Origin: Chloroflexota bacterium
Lineage (GTDB): Bacteria; Chloroflexota; UBA11872; VXOZ01
DNA: 64,000 nucleotides
Assembly: GCA_964291655.2 (NCBI GenBank)
Contig: OZ219802.1
Location: 1,504,001-1,568,000, forward strand
Direction of reading: 5' to 3'
The translations under genes were made by a program, and so were the position numbers. Positions 18,225 through 30,722 of the stretch are shown here, one piece after another; position 1 is the first letter of the stretch; the number at the start of each line of letters is the position of its first letter. The notes below the pieces were generated by a model. It was not told the DNA's origin, did no database searches, and was given only the letters and a program-made list of their open reading frames with translations.

Positions 18225-18584
18225 ATGATCGAAAACGCATCCGAGAAAACACAGCTTGCCGCTGCCGAGGAGGTGGGAGCGACGCCGGTCCTGCTCTTAG
18301 GCGGCAACCCACAGATGGCAATGGCCGACGGCGACGCACCTGTGCAGGCCTACATCGCGGTCACACCGGAGTGGCAGAGCGACGTTGGCAGCCGCCCCGG
18401 CACACTCATCGTGCGCACAGTGCCCAAGCTGCGCGAAGCCGTGCGGTGGATCGCAAGCTACGAGGTCAAGCTCGCCGAAGAGCAGATGGCCGAGTGGGTC
18501 CGGCAGGCAGCGGCCCTGCCCGGCTTGGGATGGATTCAATCAAACCAAAGGCTGAAATCCGAACCGTCCGAGGGGCCCTCTTAG
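18225..18584 (+). CDS. Hypothetical protein
   Basis: ORF downstream of the tRNA. Start moved to ATG 18225 to avoid overlapping the tRNA. Confidence 0.55.
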   Translation: MIENASEKTQLAAAEEVGATPVLLLGGNPQMAMADGDAPVQAYIAVTPEWQSDVGSRPGTLIVRTVPKLREAVRWIASYEVKLAEEQMAEWVRQAAALPGLGWIQSNQRLKSEPSEGPS

Positions 18585-18851
18585 GGGCTTATCCGATCCC
18601 TTCAGAGGAGAAGGGGAGCGAAAACGTGCGCGGCGGCACGCGGCTACGAATGACCGGCCCAGTTAGGAGTGAAATGGAGGAGACGCCCCTGTCGAACTGA
18701 CTTCCCGCTTTGCCTAAAGACTTCTGGAGACGTACGTGGGCCGCTCGAGCGGCCCACCACATTGGATAGTTCACGCGAGTTTTCCGCAGTATTGTACACG
18801 TATTTCCACGGCGGCAGTATGTGTCGAGTAGCACAGAGTGAGGTGTGAAGT

Positions 18852-20594
18852 ATGGCTGCAGTAAACGTCAACGACAACGTCCGCTACGAGCCCGATGAGA
18901 ATCCTCCCCCGTTAGTAACAATAGGCTCCGGCATTCAGGCGGCAATACTTATCCTGGCGCCGGTGGTCTTGACCGTCGTCATTGTGTCGCGGATTGCCGG
19001 GCAGTCGGAAGGCTTCATGACGTGGGCCATATTTGCGGCGTTGCTCGTGAGTGGGTCAACAACTGTGCTTCAGGCGGTGCGGGTTGGGCGGTTTGGGTCC
19101 GGGCACGTGTTAATGATGGGCACGTCGGGGGCGTTCATCGCAGTCTGCGTGGCGGCGCTCAAGTTCGGCGGCCCGGAGACGATGGCAAGTCTGATTGTCA
19201 TTTCGTCGCTCATCCAGTTTCTGCTGGCGGCGCGCCTCTCATGGTTGCGCCGCATCTTCACACCTATTGTCACCGGCACCGTGATCATGCTGATCGCAGC
19301 CACGGTGATGCCGATCATCTTTGATTCACTAAATGACGTCCCGGAAGGGTCGCCGCAGGCGGCGGCTCCCGTAGCAGCGCTGGTGACGATGGTCATCGTA
19401 ACTGCTATGGTGGTGCGGTCGCCGCCGGCCTGGCGGCTCTGGTCGCCCATTATCGCCATTGCCGCGGGGTGCCTCGTGTCGATTCCCTTCGGCATCTACG
19501 AATTTCAAGCAGTGCTCGACGCGCCGTGGATCGGCATACCCTTTGACGGCTGGCCCGGCTTTAACGTCGCGCCCGGCGTCGAGTTCTGGGCGCTCTTGCC
19601 CGCCTTCATCGTGGTTACCCTGGTAGGCGCAATCGAGACTATTGGCGACGGCGTGGCGATCCAGCGGGTCTCCCGCCGCAATCCGCGCGCGACGGACTTC
19701 CGTGTGGTGCAGGGCGCGTTGAATGCTGACGGCGTGGGAAATCTGCTTTCCGGTCTACTCGCGACGGTGCCTAATACCACCTACTCATCCAGCATCTCCC
19801 TCGCCGAAGTTACCGGCGTGGCCGCGCGGCGCATTGGTGTCGTTATTGGCGTCATCTTTGTAGTCTTGGCTTTCTTCCCTAAAGTTGCCGCCTTGCTCAT
19901 TGCTATTCCCGCGCCTGTGGCGGCTGCCTACATTACCGTGCTCGTCGTGCTGCTCTTCGTCCAAGGCATGCGCATCGTCATCAATGACGGTATGGACCAC
20001 CGCAAAGCGATGGTTGTCGGCTTATCGTTTTGGGTTGGTGCGGGCTTCCAGAGTGGATGGATTTTCGCCGACCTGTTGGGAGAAGGATTCTTAGGCGTGC
20101 TGCTGAGCAATGGCATGACCGCCGGCGCCATCGTAGCGATCATTGTGATGGTCTTTATTGAACTCACACGCCCGCGGCATCGACGCCTGCAAGTTGCTCT
20201 AGAGAGTGACGCGCTGCCCAAGATCGAGCAGTTCCTGCTGGCGTTTGCGGGAAAGCGCGACTGGAACGACGCTGCGACGGAACGGCTGACCTCGGCGGGT
20301 GAAGAGTCGCTCGCTATCCTGTTGCAGGAAAGTGGCAAGGACGAGGCCGCTGATACCGCGCGAAACTTAACCATCAACGCGCGCATGGAAGGCAATTCGG
20401 CAGAGCTGGAATTCGTGACGTCGCTGGAAGGTGAGAACGTGGAAGACTATCTGGCGCACTTGAACGAAATGCCGCCTGTTCCCGATGAGCGCGAGGTGTC
20501 GTTCCGCTTGCTGTGGCACTATGCCTCTTCCGTGCGGCACCAGAAGTACCACGGCCTCGACATCATCACGGTGCAGGTGGAGGGCTCAAGCTAA
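18852..20594 (+). CDS. NCS2 (xanthine/uracil) family permease with a C-terminal soluble domain
   Basis: Many TM helices, GTSGAF, IETIGD, GALNADG, NTTYSSS...TGV; ~140-aa hydrophilic C-terminal extension. Confidence 0.88.
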   Translation: MAAVNVNDNVRYEPDENPPPLVTIGSGIQAAILILAPVVLTVVIVSRIAGQSEGFMTWAIFAALLVSGSTTVLQAVRVGRFGSGHVLMMGTSGAFIAVCVAALKFGGPETMASLIVISSLIQFLLAARLSWLRRIFTPIVTGTVIMLIAATVMPIIFDSLNDVPEGSPQAAAPVAALVTMVIVTAMVVRSPPAWRLWSPIIAIAAGCLVSIPFGIYEFQAVLDAPWIGIPFDGWPGFNVAPGVEFWALLPAFIVVTLVGAIETIGDGVAIQRVSRRNPRATDFRVVQGALNADGVGNLLSGLLATVPNTTYSSSISLAEVTGVAARRIGVVIGVIFVVLAFFPKVAALLIAIPAPVAAAYITVLVVLLFVQGMRIVINDGMDHRKAMVVGLSFWVGAGFQSGWIFADLLGEGFLGVLLSNGMTAGAIVAIIVMVFIELTRPRHRRLQVALESDALPKIEQFLLAFAGKRDWNDAATERLTSAGEESLAILLQESGKDEAADTARNLTINARMEGNSAELEFVTSLEGENVEDYLAHLNEMPPVPDEREVSFRLLWHYASSVRHQKYHGLDIITVQVEGSS

Positions 20595-20957
20595 AGGCTT
20601 GGCCCCACGTTCGGGGCCGGCTGTGGATGGCTCACGCCGGTTCATGGCGCCACGGGCTCGCGTCGGAAAAACGCGCCCGGCCCGCCTTGGGCACGGGGCG
20701 TTGTCACTCTCATGCGTCTTGGCAGATTCGTTAATCTAGCCAATGCCATGGATAGTGGCAGACGTCCGGTTCCGTCTTGCCCGCGCGCTCGCCCCCGCAC
20801 GAGGGCGCGGAATTCATCTTCGCTGCACGCCCTGGACTCCGGCATTCATTGGAGAGACGACTATCGTGCTGCCCGACAAGCGTGCACTTGAAGCCTGGCA
20901 CCTGCAATTCCGCCAATAGTCGCCTGAGATTCGGAGGTCACTACCAGTTGTTACGCC

Positions 20958-21530
20958 ATGCCAGTTGAAATCATCGAACAGTACCTTAATCGGTTGCGCA
21001 CGTATGGCAGTATTCCCATCTCGTTCACGGTCGACTCCAAGTACCGAGTCGATGCCGTTGGTCGCGGGGGTGGCGCCTGGAGACTGACCGAGGAACGCGT
21101 GGATCACCCCTATGTCAAAGACTATGACGAGGGAGGCGAGCGACCGCTGCGGTGGGCGCAGCAATTCGATCTCTCTAACTGGGTAATCTTAGCAGCACTA
21201 CAGGACTCGGCACGACTTGGCGGCGCTGTCGTCGCTTGGAACACTCCCGGCGTAAACATGCTGGAGGATCGCGAAGATCTCGCCGTGCTCTGGGACGTGC
21301 GGGTCCATCCCTGCCGCCGCCGGGAAGGCATAGGAAAACGGCTCTTCGACCACGCCGCCGCCTGGGCGCGCGCCAAGGGGTGCCGGCAGCTCAAGGTGGA
21401 GACCCAGAACATCAACGTGCCGGCGTGTAAGTTCTATGCCAAGCAGGGCTGCTACCTTGGAGCCGTACAGCCTGGCGCCTATCCGGAGTACCCCAACGAA
21501 GTACGACTCCTTTGGTATCTGGACTTGTGA
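20958..21530 (+). CDS. GNAT acetyltransferase (streptothricin acetyltransferase-like)
   Basis: PYVKDYD, DVRVHP..RREGIG, VETQNINVPACKFY and LLWY. Confidence 0.85.
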   Translation: MPVEIIEQYLNRLRTYGSIPISFTVDSKYRVDAVGRGGGAWRLTEERVDHPYVKDYDEGGERPLRWAQQFDLSNWVILAALQDSARLGGAVVAWNTPGVNMLEDREDLAVLWDVRVHPCRRREGIGKRLFDHAAAWARAKGCRQLKVETQNINVPACKFYAKQGCYLGAVQPGAYPEYPNEVRLLWYLDL

Positions 21531-21539
21531 GGTCGTTCC

Positions 21540-21688
21540 AGCCACTCGTGGTACTGCCGCAAGAGTTTGGCTTCGCGCCCGACCTCGTCACAAGCCACGA
21601 GAAGTCCGGCAGGGGAAGCGCGCCGAGTGTCGACGTAAACGCGTGCTATGTAGCCGGCATCTTTCGCGCCGGCCTGTCGTATGCGCAT
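21540..21688 (-). pseudogene. N-terminal GNAT fragment
   Basis: MRIRQAGAKDAGYIARVYVDT is a typical GNAT N-terminus; the ORF is short and runs into the convergent gene. Confidence 0.45.
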
Positions 21689-21745
21689 TGCCGCGTTTTT
21701 TCTATAGCGACAAGGGACCCTTTGGGGCGACGCTATGAAATGCGC

Positions 21746-23362
21746 CTACTCCGGCAAAAGGCGCTGCGCAACTTCCTTGGCTTCGTCGAGGTCCTTGGCA
21801 AATTGATCGGCGGGGACTCGCTGCAATATGTTCAGCGCCCGCAGGGCAAACGCAGGCGGGCCGGTGAGACCCATGATGATGCACTCGGTGTCTTCCGCAA
21901 TGGCGGTATCGATCATCTGCTCCACCACCAACGCAGCGCTATCGTCGATGTAGACGGTCTCAGTGAAGTCGAGGATGACGACCTCATGGTCGCGAATGTC
22001 CACGCTGATCGTGTTGATGAGCTTGTTGGACGAGGCGACGGAGAAGCTGCCTCTGAGCGCCACCAGCCCCACGCGGGCGGAGAAGGCGTCCGCCTTTTCA
22101 TCAGTCTCCTCACTGCCAAAGAAGGTCTGGTCCAGCAGCGGCACTGAGACGACTCTATCGAGTTCCAGGCGCTCGAACTGGCGCGCGCTCGCCATACCGG
22201 CGGCAATGAGACCAATGGCGACGGCAGTGACCAGGTCGACGAAGACCGTGAGACCAAGGGTGATGACCATCACCAGCAGGTGCTCGCGCTGCACGCGGTG
22301 AATACGCAGGATAAAGCGCCAGTCGATGATGTCCCAGCCGACTTTCATCAAGATGCCGGCAAGCACCGCGTGGGGGATGGCCTCGACGTACTTACCGAGC
22401 CCCAGCACAAGCGCGAGCAAAATGGCCGCCCGCAGCGCGCCGGAGACTTGCGTCTGTCCGCCGGCGCGGATGTTCACCACCGTGCCCATGGTGGCGCCGG
22501 CCCCGGGCAAACCGCCGATAAAGCCCGCCACCAGGTTGCCGATGCCCTGACCAACCAGTTCACGGTTCGGGTTGTGGCGCGTGCGGGTCATGGCGTCGGC
22601 GATCAGTGAAGTGAGCAGACTGTCAATGGAACCGAGCAGGGCGAGGATCAGGGCAGGCTCGATGGCCCTGACGAGAATCCCGGCCGAAATGGCCGGCATC
22701 TCGATCTGCGGCAGACCCGTCGGCACCTCTCCAATCACCGGGACGTTGGTCAGCCACAGCACGCCCAGCAGCGTACCGGCGACCAAAGCCGCCAAAGTAG
22801 GAGGAAAGTATCGCCGCAACTGCTGGGGCCAGAGTATACCCACGACAAGAGTCACGGCGGCGATGGCAAGCGCGCTGAAGTTTATGTTGCCGATTGCCTG
22901 CGGCCACGCGCGCACGGCCCCCAGCGGGCCGCCTGTCGCACCGGCTGCTCCCATGAATGGCAGCGTCTGGAGGAGCATGATGATTACGCCGATGCCGGAC
23001 ATGAAGCCGGAAATCACCGAGTACGGCGTGAAGGCCACAAAACGCCCGATCCGCATGACGCCGAGCGCAATCTGCAGCAGGCCGGCCATGATGACGATGG
23101 TGAAGGCTTCGGGAAGCGTGTCGGCGTGGGTGGTGACGATGACGGCCATGGCAACCGCCATGGGGCCGGTAGGGCCGGAAATCTGCGACTTGGTGCCCCC
23201 AAAGATCGCCGCGAAGAAACCGACGGCAATGGCGCCGTAAATGCCCGCCAGCGCGCCCAAGCCGGACGCCACACCAAAAGCCAAAGACACCGGCAGGCCC
23301 ACCACGGCTGCGGTAATTCCGCCAAAAATGTCTCCACGCAGTGTTTGGAGATTGTACGTCAC
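21746..23362 (-). CDS. SulP family anion transporter with STAS domain (BicA-like)
   Basis: GDIFGGITAAVVGLPVSLAFGVASG, ISGPTGPM, LGSIDSLLTS and GATMGTVVN; STAS motif VILDF...DDSA. Confidence 0.93.
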   Translation of the reverse strand: MTYNLQTLRGDIFGGITAAVVGLPVSLAFGVASGLGALAGIYGAIAVGFFAAIFGGTKSQISGPTGPMAVAMAVIVTTHADTLPEAFTIVIMAGLLQIALGVMRIGRFVAFTPYSVISGFMSGIGVIIMLLQTLPFMGAAGATGGPLGAVRAWPQAIGNINFSALAIAAVTLVVGILWPQQLRRYFPPTLAALVAGTLLGVLWLTNVPVIGEVPTGLPQIEMPAISAGILVRAIEPALILALLGSIDSLLTSLIADAMTRTRHNPNRELVGQGIGNLVAGFIGGLPGAGATMGTVVNIRAGGQTQVSGALRAAILLALVLGLGKYVEAIPHAVLAGILMKVGWDIIDWRFILRIHRVQREHLLVMVITLGLTVFVDLVTAVAIGLIAAGMASARQFERLELDRVVSVPLLDQTFFGSEETDEKADAFSARVGLVALRGSFSVASSNKLINTISVDIRDHEVVILDFTETVYIDDSAALVVEQMIDTAIAEDTECIIMGLTGPPAFALRALNILQRVPADQFAKDLDEAKEVAQRLLPE

Positions 23363-23741
23363 TCTGAGCTACCCACCACAACGGAGCGGAACCACATCCA
23401 CTACGCTTCACATCAGCAAACTGCGCACGCCCTTTGGACGCCTGTCACAGCTTTCTCACAACTTGCAGCCACTAAGTGCCCCAATTTGCCAAGCATGCTA
23501 CCACAATCGGGCGAGAATGTCAGGAAGAGTCCTAATCGACCGAATACCCCTGTGAATTCCAATATTTATGCTTAAACGGAGACTCCGATCGCGCGCGACC
23601 AGACTGCTACTTTGCTGGAGTTTGGCGCCGCAAACCCTGTCAGGGCCTGCTGCAAAACACGCAAATGCAAGAAATCTCCCGTGAGGTTTTGGCGCGGCCG
23701 TGGGCAAGCGCAAGGCTGGTTGCGTAGGACCGAGTGTTGTG

Positions 23742-24767
23742 TTAGATGTCACTCTTCACGTGTTGAAGTTGGTCGTCGTCTCCGGCCACCACTACCCTGT
23801 CACCGGCCTCCAGGACGACTTCCGCTGCCGGGGTAAAGAGCACCTGCCCGTCATCTCTTCTCACAGCCAGCACTTGCAGGTGGTGTAGCGCCACAAATCC
23901 AGCAAGGTCCATTCCCGCGTAGCGCGAATCGGCAGCTACGGCTATTTCGGCAAGTCTAGGGCCGATGCGCGAGGAATCGAGCATGTCATCGAGAAAGTCG
24001 GCGGTGAGCGGTCGCACGGCGGAGAGCGCCATGCGCCGTCCACCAATACTGTAGGGAGTGACTACCTGGTCCGCGCCCGCCAATCTGAGTTTGTCTCTCG
24101 TCTCCACGGCATCGGCACGGGCGACAATAGTGACATTGGGGTTGATCGCCTTAGCGGTGAGCGTGATGAGCACGTTGTTGCTGTCGCTGCCGGTGGCGGC
24201 GACGAGACCGCGGGCACGCGCGATCCCGGCTTGGTGGAGAGAGTCATTCTGGGTGGCGTCCCTGCAGATGGCGAGCACCCCATCCTCCCCCGCTATCTCC
24301 ACCGCAGGTTCCGCGCTATCCACCACGACCACGTCCACGTTTTCGCCACTGAACGCGGATGCGGCCTCGCGGCCCACTCTGCCGTAGCCGCAAAGGATGA
24401 AGTGGTCCTTGGTCGCATCGATTCTGGCTTTCATACGTCGCCTCCGCACGAATACTCTGAGTATTTCATCTTCAACCACGGTCTGCACGGTGACCGTGAG
24501 TATGTAAAGCATCAATCCAACACCGGCCAGCATGAGTAAAAGATTGAAGAAGCGGCCGAGCTGCGAAAGCGGCTGCACCTCTTCATACCCCACAGTCGTC
24601 ATGGTGACCACCGTCATGTAAACGGCGTCAAAATAGCCCCAGCCCTCGATGAGGACAAACCCGGTGGAGCCAACGAGAAAGACGATGACAAGCGCCAAGC
24701 CACCGCGGGTTAGCCGGCTGGCGGCGATTACACTTAGCAAGTTGCGTAGACGTCGTCTAGTGGCCAA
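23742..24767 (-). CDS. Two-TM potassium channel with RCK (TrkA-N/TrkA-C) domains
   Basis: TMTTVGYEE pore motif, HFILCGYGRVG, C-terminal TrkA-C. Confidence 0.9.
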   Translation of the reverse strand: MATRRRLRNLLSVIAASRLTRGGLALVIVFLVGSTGFVLIEGWGYFDAVYMTVVTMTTVGYEEVQPLSQLGRFFNLLLMLAGVGLMLYILTVTVQTVVEDEILRVFVRRRRMKARIDATKDHFILCGYGRVGREAASAFSGENVDVVVVDSAEPAVEIAGEDGVLAICRDATQNDSLHQAGIARARGLVAATGSDSNNVLITLTAKAINPNVTIVARADAVETRDKLRLAGADQVVTPYSIGGRRMALSAVRPLTADFLDDMLDSSRIGPRLAEIAVAADSRYAGMDLAGFVALHHLQVLAVRRDDGQVLFTPAAEVVLEAGDRVVVAGDDDQLQHVKSDI

Positions 24768-24946
24768 AGCGTTAGTCTTGAAGATCTACCTGCGCTAAAG
24801 ACTAACTGGCAACACCACGACGGTTTCACGTCTTGCTGCCAGGAGCCATCAATGGCCCAGATCGTGAATAATCGAAAGTGACTGAAGACGTTTGACCATG
24901 TTCAATGCAGTTTCTCTGGCAAACGCTTAACTGCTACCCGCAAAGT

Positions 24947-26284
24947 CTATGATTGACTTTGTTCAAGGTACTTCATCATTTCCCGCAGTAAGTCGTTGTA
25001 TCGTCTCTTAAGGTCGTCTAGATCTCTGCCTTCGTGCCTCCATTGGACACGTAGCACTTCGCTATAGAACTGCCATCTACATTCGTGGGCGTCAGTGTTG
25101 TTTTCAACGCGCAAGTTGATGCCCTTACCCTCTCTTTGCCTGAAGCGTGAAAAGCCGCTCGAAAAAACGGTGGAGATTGAGCCCAATTCATCCGGGACAT
25201 TCTCTGAATCCATCAAAGTCTGAAGCGAAGGCGATCCCTTTCTGATCCCGAATAAACTGGGCCGCATTGGTTGTTCTTCTGTGTCAGTTCCATCAACACG
25301 AATAGTCACATCCACGTAGCCGAATACGTCCGAAATGCTCCAGACCTTTTCTGAACAGTATTCGTAGAACGGACTTAAGACAGACGTGACAAACGACTTT
25401 GTAGAAATCCCTTGAATCTTGGTTTTGGCATGAGACCGCTTGAAGAGCGCGATTTCTTTGTCGATGTCCTCGATATCGTCAATGGGCTCGCCGCGAGCGG
25501 CCTTTAGGTACAGGTTCAGAGCGTACTCACAGCATCTTGCAACATAGTTAATGAACTCCGTCAGGTCCTCGGTTCTATCAGTCTGCTCCAGCTTGCTTAG
25601 GTACTCGTCTCGGTTCTCGCGCCTAATCATCGCCACTGTGTAGCCGTGCCTGATAAGGATCATGTTCATCAGCAGGCGGGCCATACGTCCGTTGCCGTCG
25701 TCGAATGGATGGATGCGCACAAAGCGGTAGTGGAAAGTGGCGGCGATGACGATGGGGTGCTCGTCATCTCGCTCCTTGGCGCGGTACCAGTCGATGAGAT
25801 CGCCCATCGCCTGCTTCACTTGCTCAGGCGGTGTGAAGAAATAGGTCTCGCCGGTAGAAGTCCTGACGTTGTTGGGAACTGTCTTGTATTCTCCAAGTGT
25901 AATCGTGCGCTCTGTCAGATTTCCGTCCGGCGTTTCTGCCGGTGTCTTGTAGGGTTCCTTCAGCAACAGGCGGTGAAGATTCCGGATGAAGACCTCGTTG
26001 AGTTCTTGGTCTACTTTGACCGCGTCCTCAACTGCCTGCACGGCGCTGTCGTGCCCTTTAATGTCCAGATGATCGCGCATCGGCTTACCATGGGCAGTAA
26101 GGCCGTGGAGGATGAGACTGCGGGTTTCGCCAAGGGTAAGGGTATTGCCTTCAATGGCGTTGGAATGGTAATTCGCCTCAAGCCGCAGCTTCTGCCCGAC
26201 CTGAGCCAGGACGGTTGGCGGCAAGGGTCGCAGGCTATCAAGTTCTCTCTTGAGCTTGGAGATGGTTCTAAGTGCGTTGGCCAT
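24947..26284 (-). CDS. Fic family protein (class II-like)
   Basis: HPFDDGNGRMAR catalytic motif and N-terminal SNAIEGN inhibitory motif. Confidence 0.92.
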   Translation of the reverse strand: MANALRTISKLKRELDSLRPLPPTVLAQVGQKLRLEANYHSNAIEGNTLTLGETRSLILHGLTAHGKPMRDHLDIKGHDSAVQAVEDAVKVDQELNEVFIRNLHRLLLKEPYKTPAETPDGNLTERTITLGEYKTVPNNVRTSTGETYFFTPPEQVKQAMGDLIDWYRAKERDDEHPIVIAATFHYRFVRIHPFDDGNGRMARLLMNMILIRHGYTVAMIRRENRDEYLSKLEQTDRTEDLTEFINYVARCCEYALNLYLKAARGEPIDDIEDIDKEIALFKRSHAKTKIQGISTKSFVTSVLSPFYEYCSEKVWSISDVFGYVDVTIRVDGTDTEEQPMRPSLFGIRKGSPSLQTLMDSENVPDELGSISTVFSSGFSRFRQREGKGINLRVENNTDAHECRWQFYSEVLRVQWRHEGRDLDDLKRRYNDLLREMMKYLEQSQS

Positions 26285-26604
26285 CTTACCTGTGCCTATC
26301 TCTATTCAGGGGCTGTTCGAGGTATTCGCTGAGACGATCTGTCTGTAGCCAGCGAACGAAGCTTCCAGGAAGACTCCAAATGTTTTTGAAGCTCCGCTAG
26401 TTCATTCCATTATAGAGCGTGGCATTGAAGGTTCGACTATAGGAACTGAGGATTCTTGCTGAGAGGAGTGGTGAGAACGGGGATACAGTGTGTTGGTTCG
26501 CGCTCAAGCTTGGAGTCATCTTGGGTCGCATTGGCCAAGAGAGAAGGCTATCCCAAAGTAGTTCATTCTGATTGGGCTACCGGAGCCAAACGAAGCGAGG
26601 CGCA

Positions 26605-26685
26605 GAGCCTGCCCCGTACTCGATACGGGGTTGCAAACCTGTCCTGAGCACTTCGGCAAGCTCAGCACAGGCTCTGTCGAGGGGC
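26605..26685. repeat. Clustered REP-like hairpins (GAGCCTGCCCCGTACTCGATACGGGG and CTGAGC...GTCGA type)
   Basis: The first motif is the uninterrupted form of the site split by MITE copy 2. The second is related to the 64-290 array. Confidence 0.7.
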
Positions 26686-26828
26686 CTGTGCTACCGAAGG
26701 CAATTCTCCCAGTTGGCCTGAATCAATGGCACGCTTGGACAATCGCCTTGCGCGTGGCATGTCTCAGAAACAACCCCTTTAGGGAAATCTCAAATACCCG
26801 CGACGACCGTCCCGGACCGGGCCTATAG

Positions 26829-27056
26829 GAGGCCTTTGGCTAACGCCGTCATTCAGGCGAAAAGTCCGCCCCGTACGTGAAACAGGGGTGAAGGCGAATC
26901 CCCTAAAACCTGTATATAGCGCACCGATTATTGCGCTGCTACATCGTGAAGCTGCACATTGCAAGGGGCAATTGTAGCCATAGGAGCCCTAACCCCGACC
27001 CTCTCCCCCAGGAGAGGGAGGTTTTGTCGCCTGCTGTTGGGTTACGCAAGGGTCTC
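26829..27056. mobile_element. Diverged GAGACC-family element
   Basis: Right end GGAGAGGGAGGTTTTGTCGCC...GTTACGCAAGGGTCTC resembles 3990-4039. The left end GAGGCCTTTGGCTAAC is degenerate. Confidence 0.55.
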
Positions 27057-27142
27057 CGCCAAGGGAGAAGACTCAACAGGTTGGCGTTGACAGCCAATTC
27101 AAGATGCGGGCAAGCAACCGGTCCTCGCAAACACCGGCGAGA

Positions 27143-29338
<2,196 letters not shown>

Positions 29339-29572
29339 CTATAGCGCGCGCCGAATCCCAAAGCCGCTGAATTCTTGCGGCACCACGGATTCCTGGCAAT
29401 CAAGCAATCGCGTTCACCGGTCGGGTCTCGCGTCTGCGTCAATCAAATTCTGCGTGTACCCCAAATACGCCCGCCGCAGGCCTCGCAATGACTCCGTGCG
29501 CACGCCCCTGTACGTCGCATACTACCATACCGGTACGGTACTGTCTGGCCTAGAAATTATACTGTTAAACTC

Positions 29573-29600
29573 GTAGGGTCACGACGTGTCGTGACCCTAC
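29573..29600. repeat. GTAG-type REP palindrome
   Basis: GTAGGGTCACGAC-GT-GTCGTGACCCTAC, a perfect 13-bp inverted repeat. Confidence 0.7.
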
Positions 29601-29648
29601 CCATCGGCAACTCTTGAGCGCGCCGGAGCGCTTTAACACTGTCGCCGG

Positions 29649-30722
29649 TCAGCCGCCTTTGGCGCCGGTTATGTCCCGCCGCTGGAAGAGCCAGAACGTC
29701 AGTACGCCGAATACGAGCGTATACCCTGCCAGGACGAGAAAGGCGTGGAGGAGTTCCGGCTGCGCCGCGTCGCCGTTATCTCCGATATTTATACTTACCT
29801 CGCCGTAACTCGCTTGGAGCACGGTCGTAGCGTTAGTGCTGAGCAAGTACTCGGAGATCCGCTGGAACCATTCAAAGTTGCTGAAAACTGGAATCAGCGT
29901 CGTTTCAATCAGGTAGTAGACCACAAATGCGACGATGCCGAGCGCCGTAGAGGAAGTCACCGCCGTAGCGAGCAGTGCCAGCATGACGTAGGGGAGGAAG
30001 CTGTAGAGCAGAGTCCCCATCTTGATGGGCACGTCCAGCCATTCCGCCGAGCCCTGCAGCGAGTCGCCTTCCAGACCGAAAAACCCGATCAAGACGCTGC
30101 TCAGCGCCACGGTAGCGGCGGCCACAATCAAGCCGGCCAGTGTGGCCAGCATGAGTGCGACGATCTTTGCCGTCAGGAATTGCCAGCGGCCGGTGCCTTT
30201 CGTCAACACCGTTCGCAGCGTTCCCCAGCCGTATTCGGCACCCAGCGCCGCCGCACCTAAGATGCTGACGAGGATAAACAGAGTTCCCTGCAACAGCGTA
30301 AAGCCTAAGAGAATGCTGTTCGGCAGCAAGACGGCGTTGCTGGTGAACGTGCGGAACTCCTCATAGCCTGCGCATGATTCGCGGAATTCCTCCACACTTG
30401 CCAGCGCACTCTCGCGATGCTCGTCAGCGAGCTCTTCGACTCCCGGTGGGATGCGGTCGCCCCGCACGTCCTTGCACGTCCATTCCGCTTCGAAGATCGT
30501 TTCCTTTTTCTCGCTTGCGTTTTCGCTTGCAGTCTCGACTGCGGTCTCGCCTATGCCGATGCCATGCCGCGGCGAGAAAGGTTCGGTGCGGTGCACGACG
30601 TAAGCGCCCCAAACCGCAATCTGCATCAGGATTACGACGATTGCCAAGAGCGTCCATGGCAACAGGCGGCGGCGGAGCTTGTGCCATTCCCATACGGAAA
30701 GACGTAAAACGTGAGCGATCAT
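29649..30722 (-). CDS. ABC-2 type transporter permease
   Basis: One TM, an extracellular loop, then several TMs; EYGWGTLR...R.Q.L.AK and FQRRDI motifs. Confidence 0.88.
   Translation of the reverse strand: MIAHVLRLSVWEWHKLRRRLLPWTLLAIVVILMQIAVWGAYVVHRTEPFSPRHGIGIGETAVETASENASEKKETIFEAEWTCKDVRGDRIPPGVEELADEHRESALASVEEFRESCAGYEEFRTFTSNAVLLPNSILLGFTLLQGTLFILVSILGAAALGAEYGWGTLRTVLTKGTGRWQFLTAKIVALMLATLAGLIVAAATVALSSVLIGFFGLEGDSLQGSAEWLDVPIKMGTLLYSFLPYVMLALLATAVTSSTALGIVAFVVYYLIETTLIPVFSNFEWFQRISEYLLSTNATTVLQASYGEVSINIGDNGDAAQPELLHAFLVLAGYTLVFGVLTFWLFQRRDITGAKGG

Noticed and set aside
20958-21530. Calling the GNAT a bona fide streptothricin resistance gene
   Set aside because: Only family-level motifs are visible; substrate cannot be inferred.
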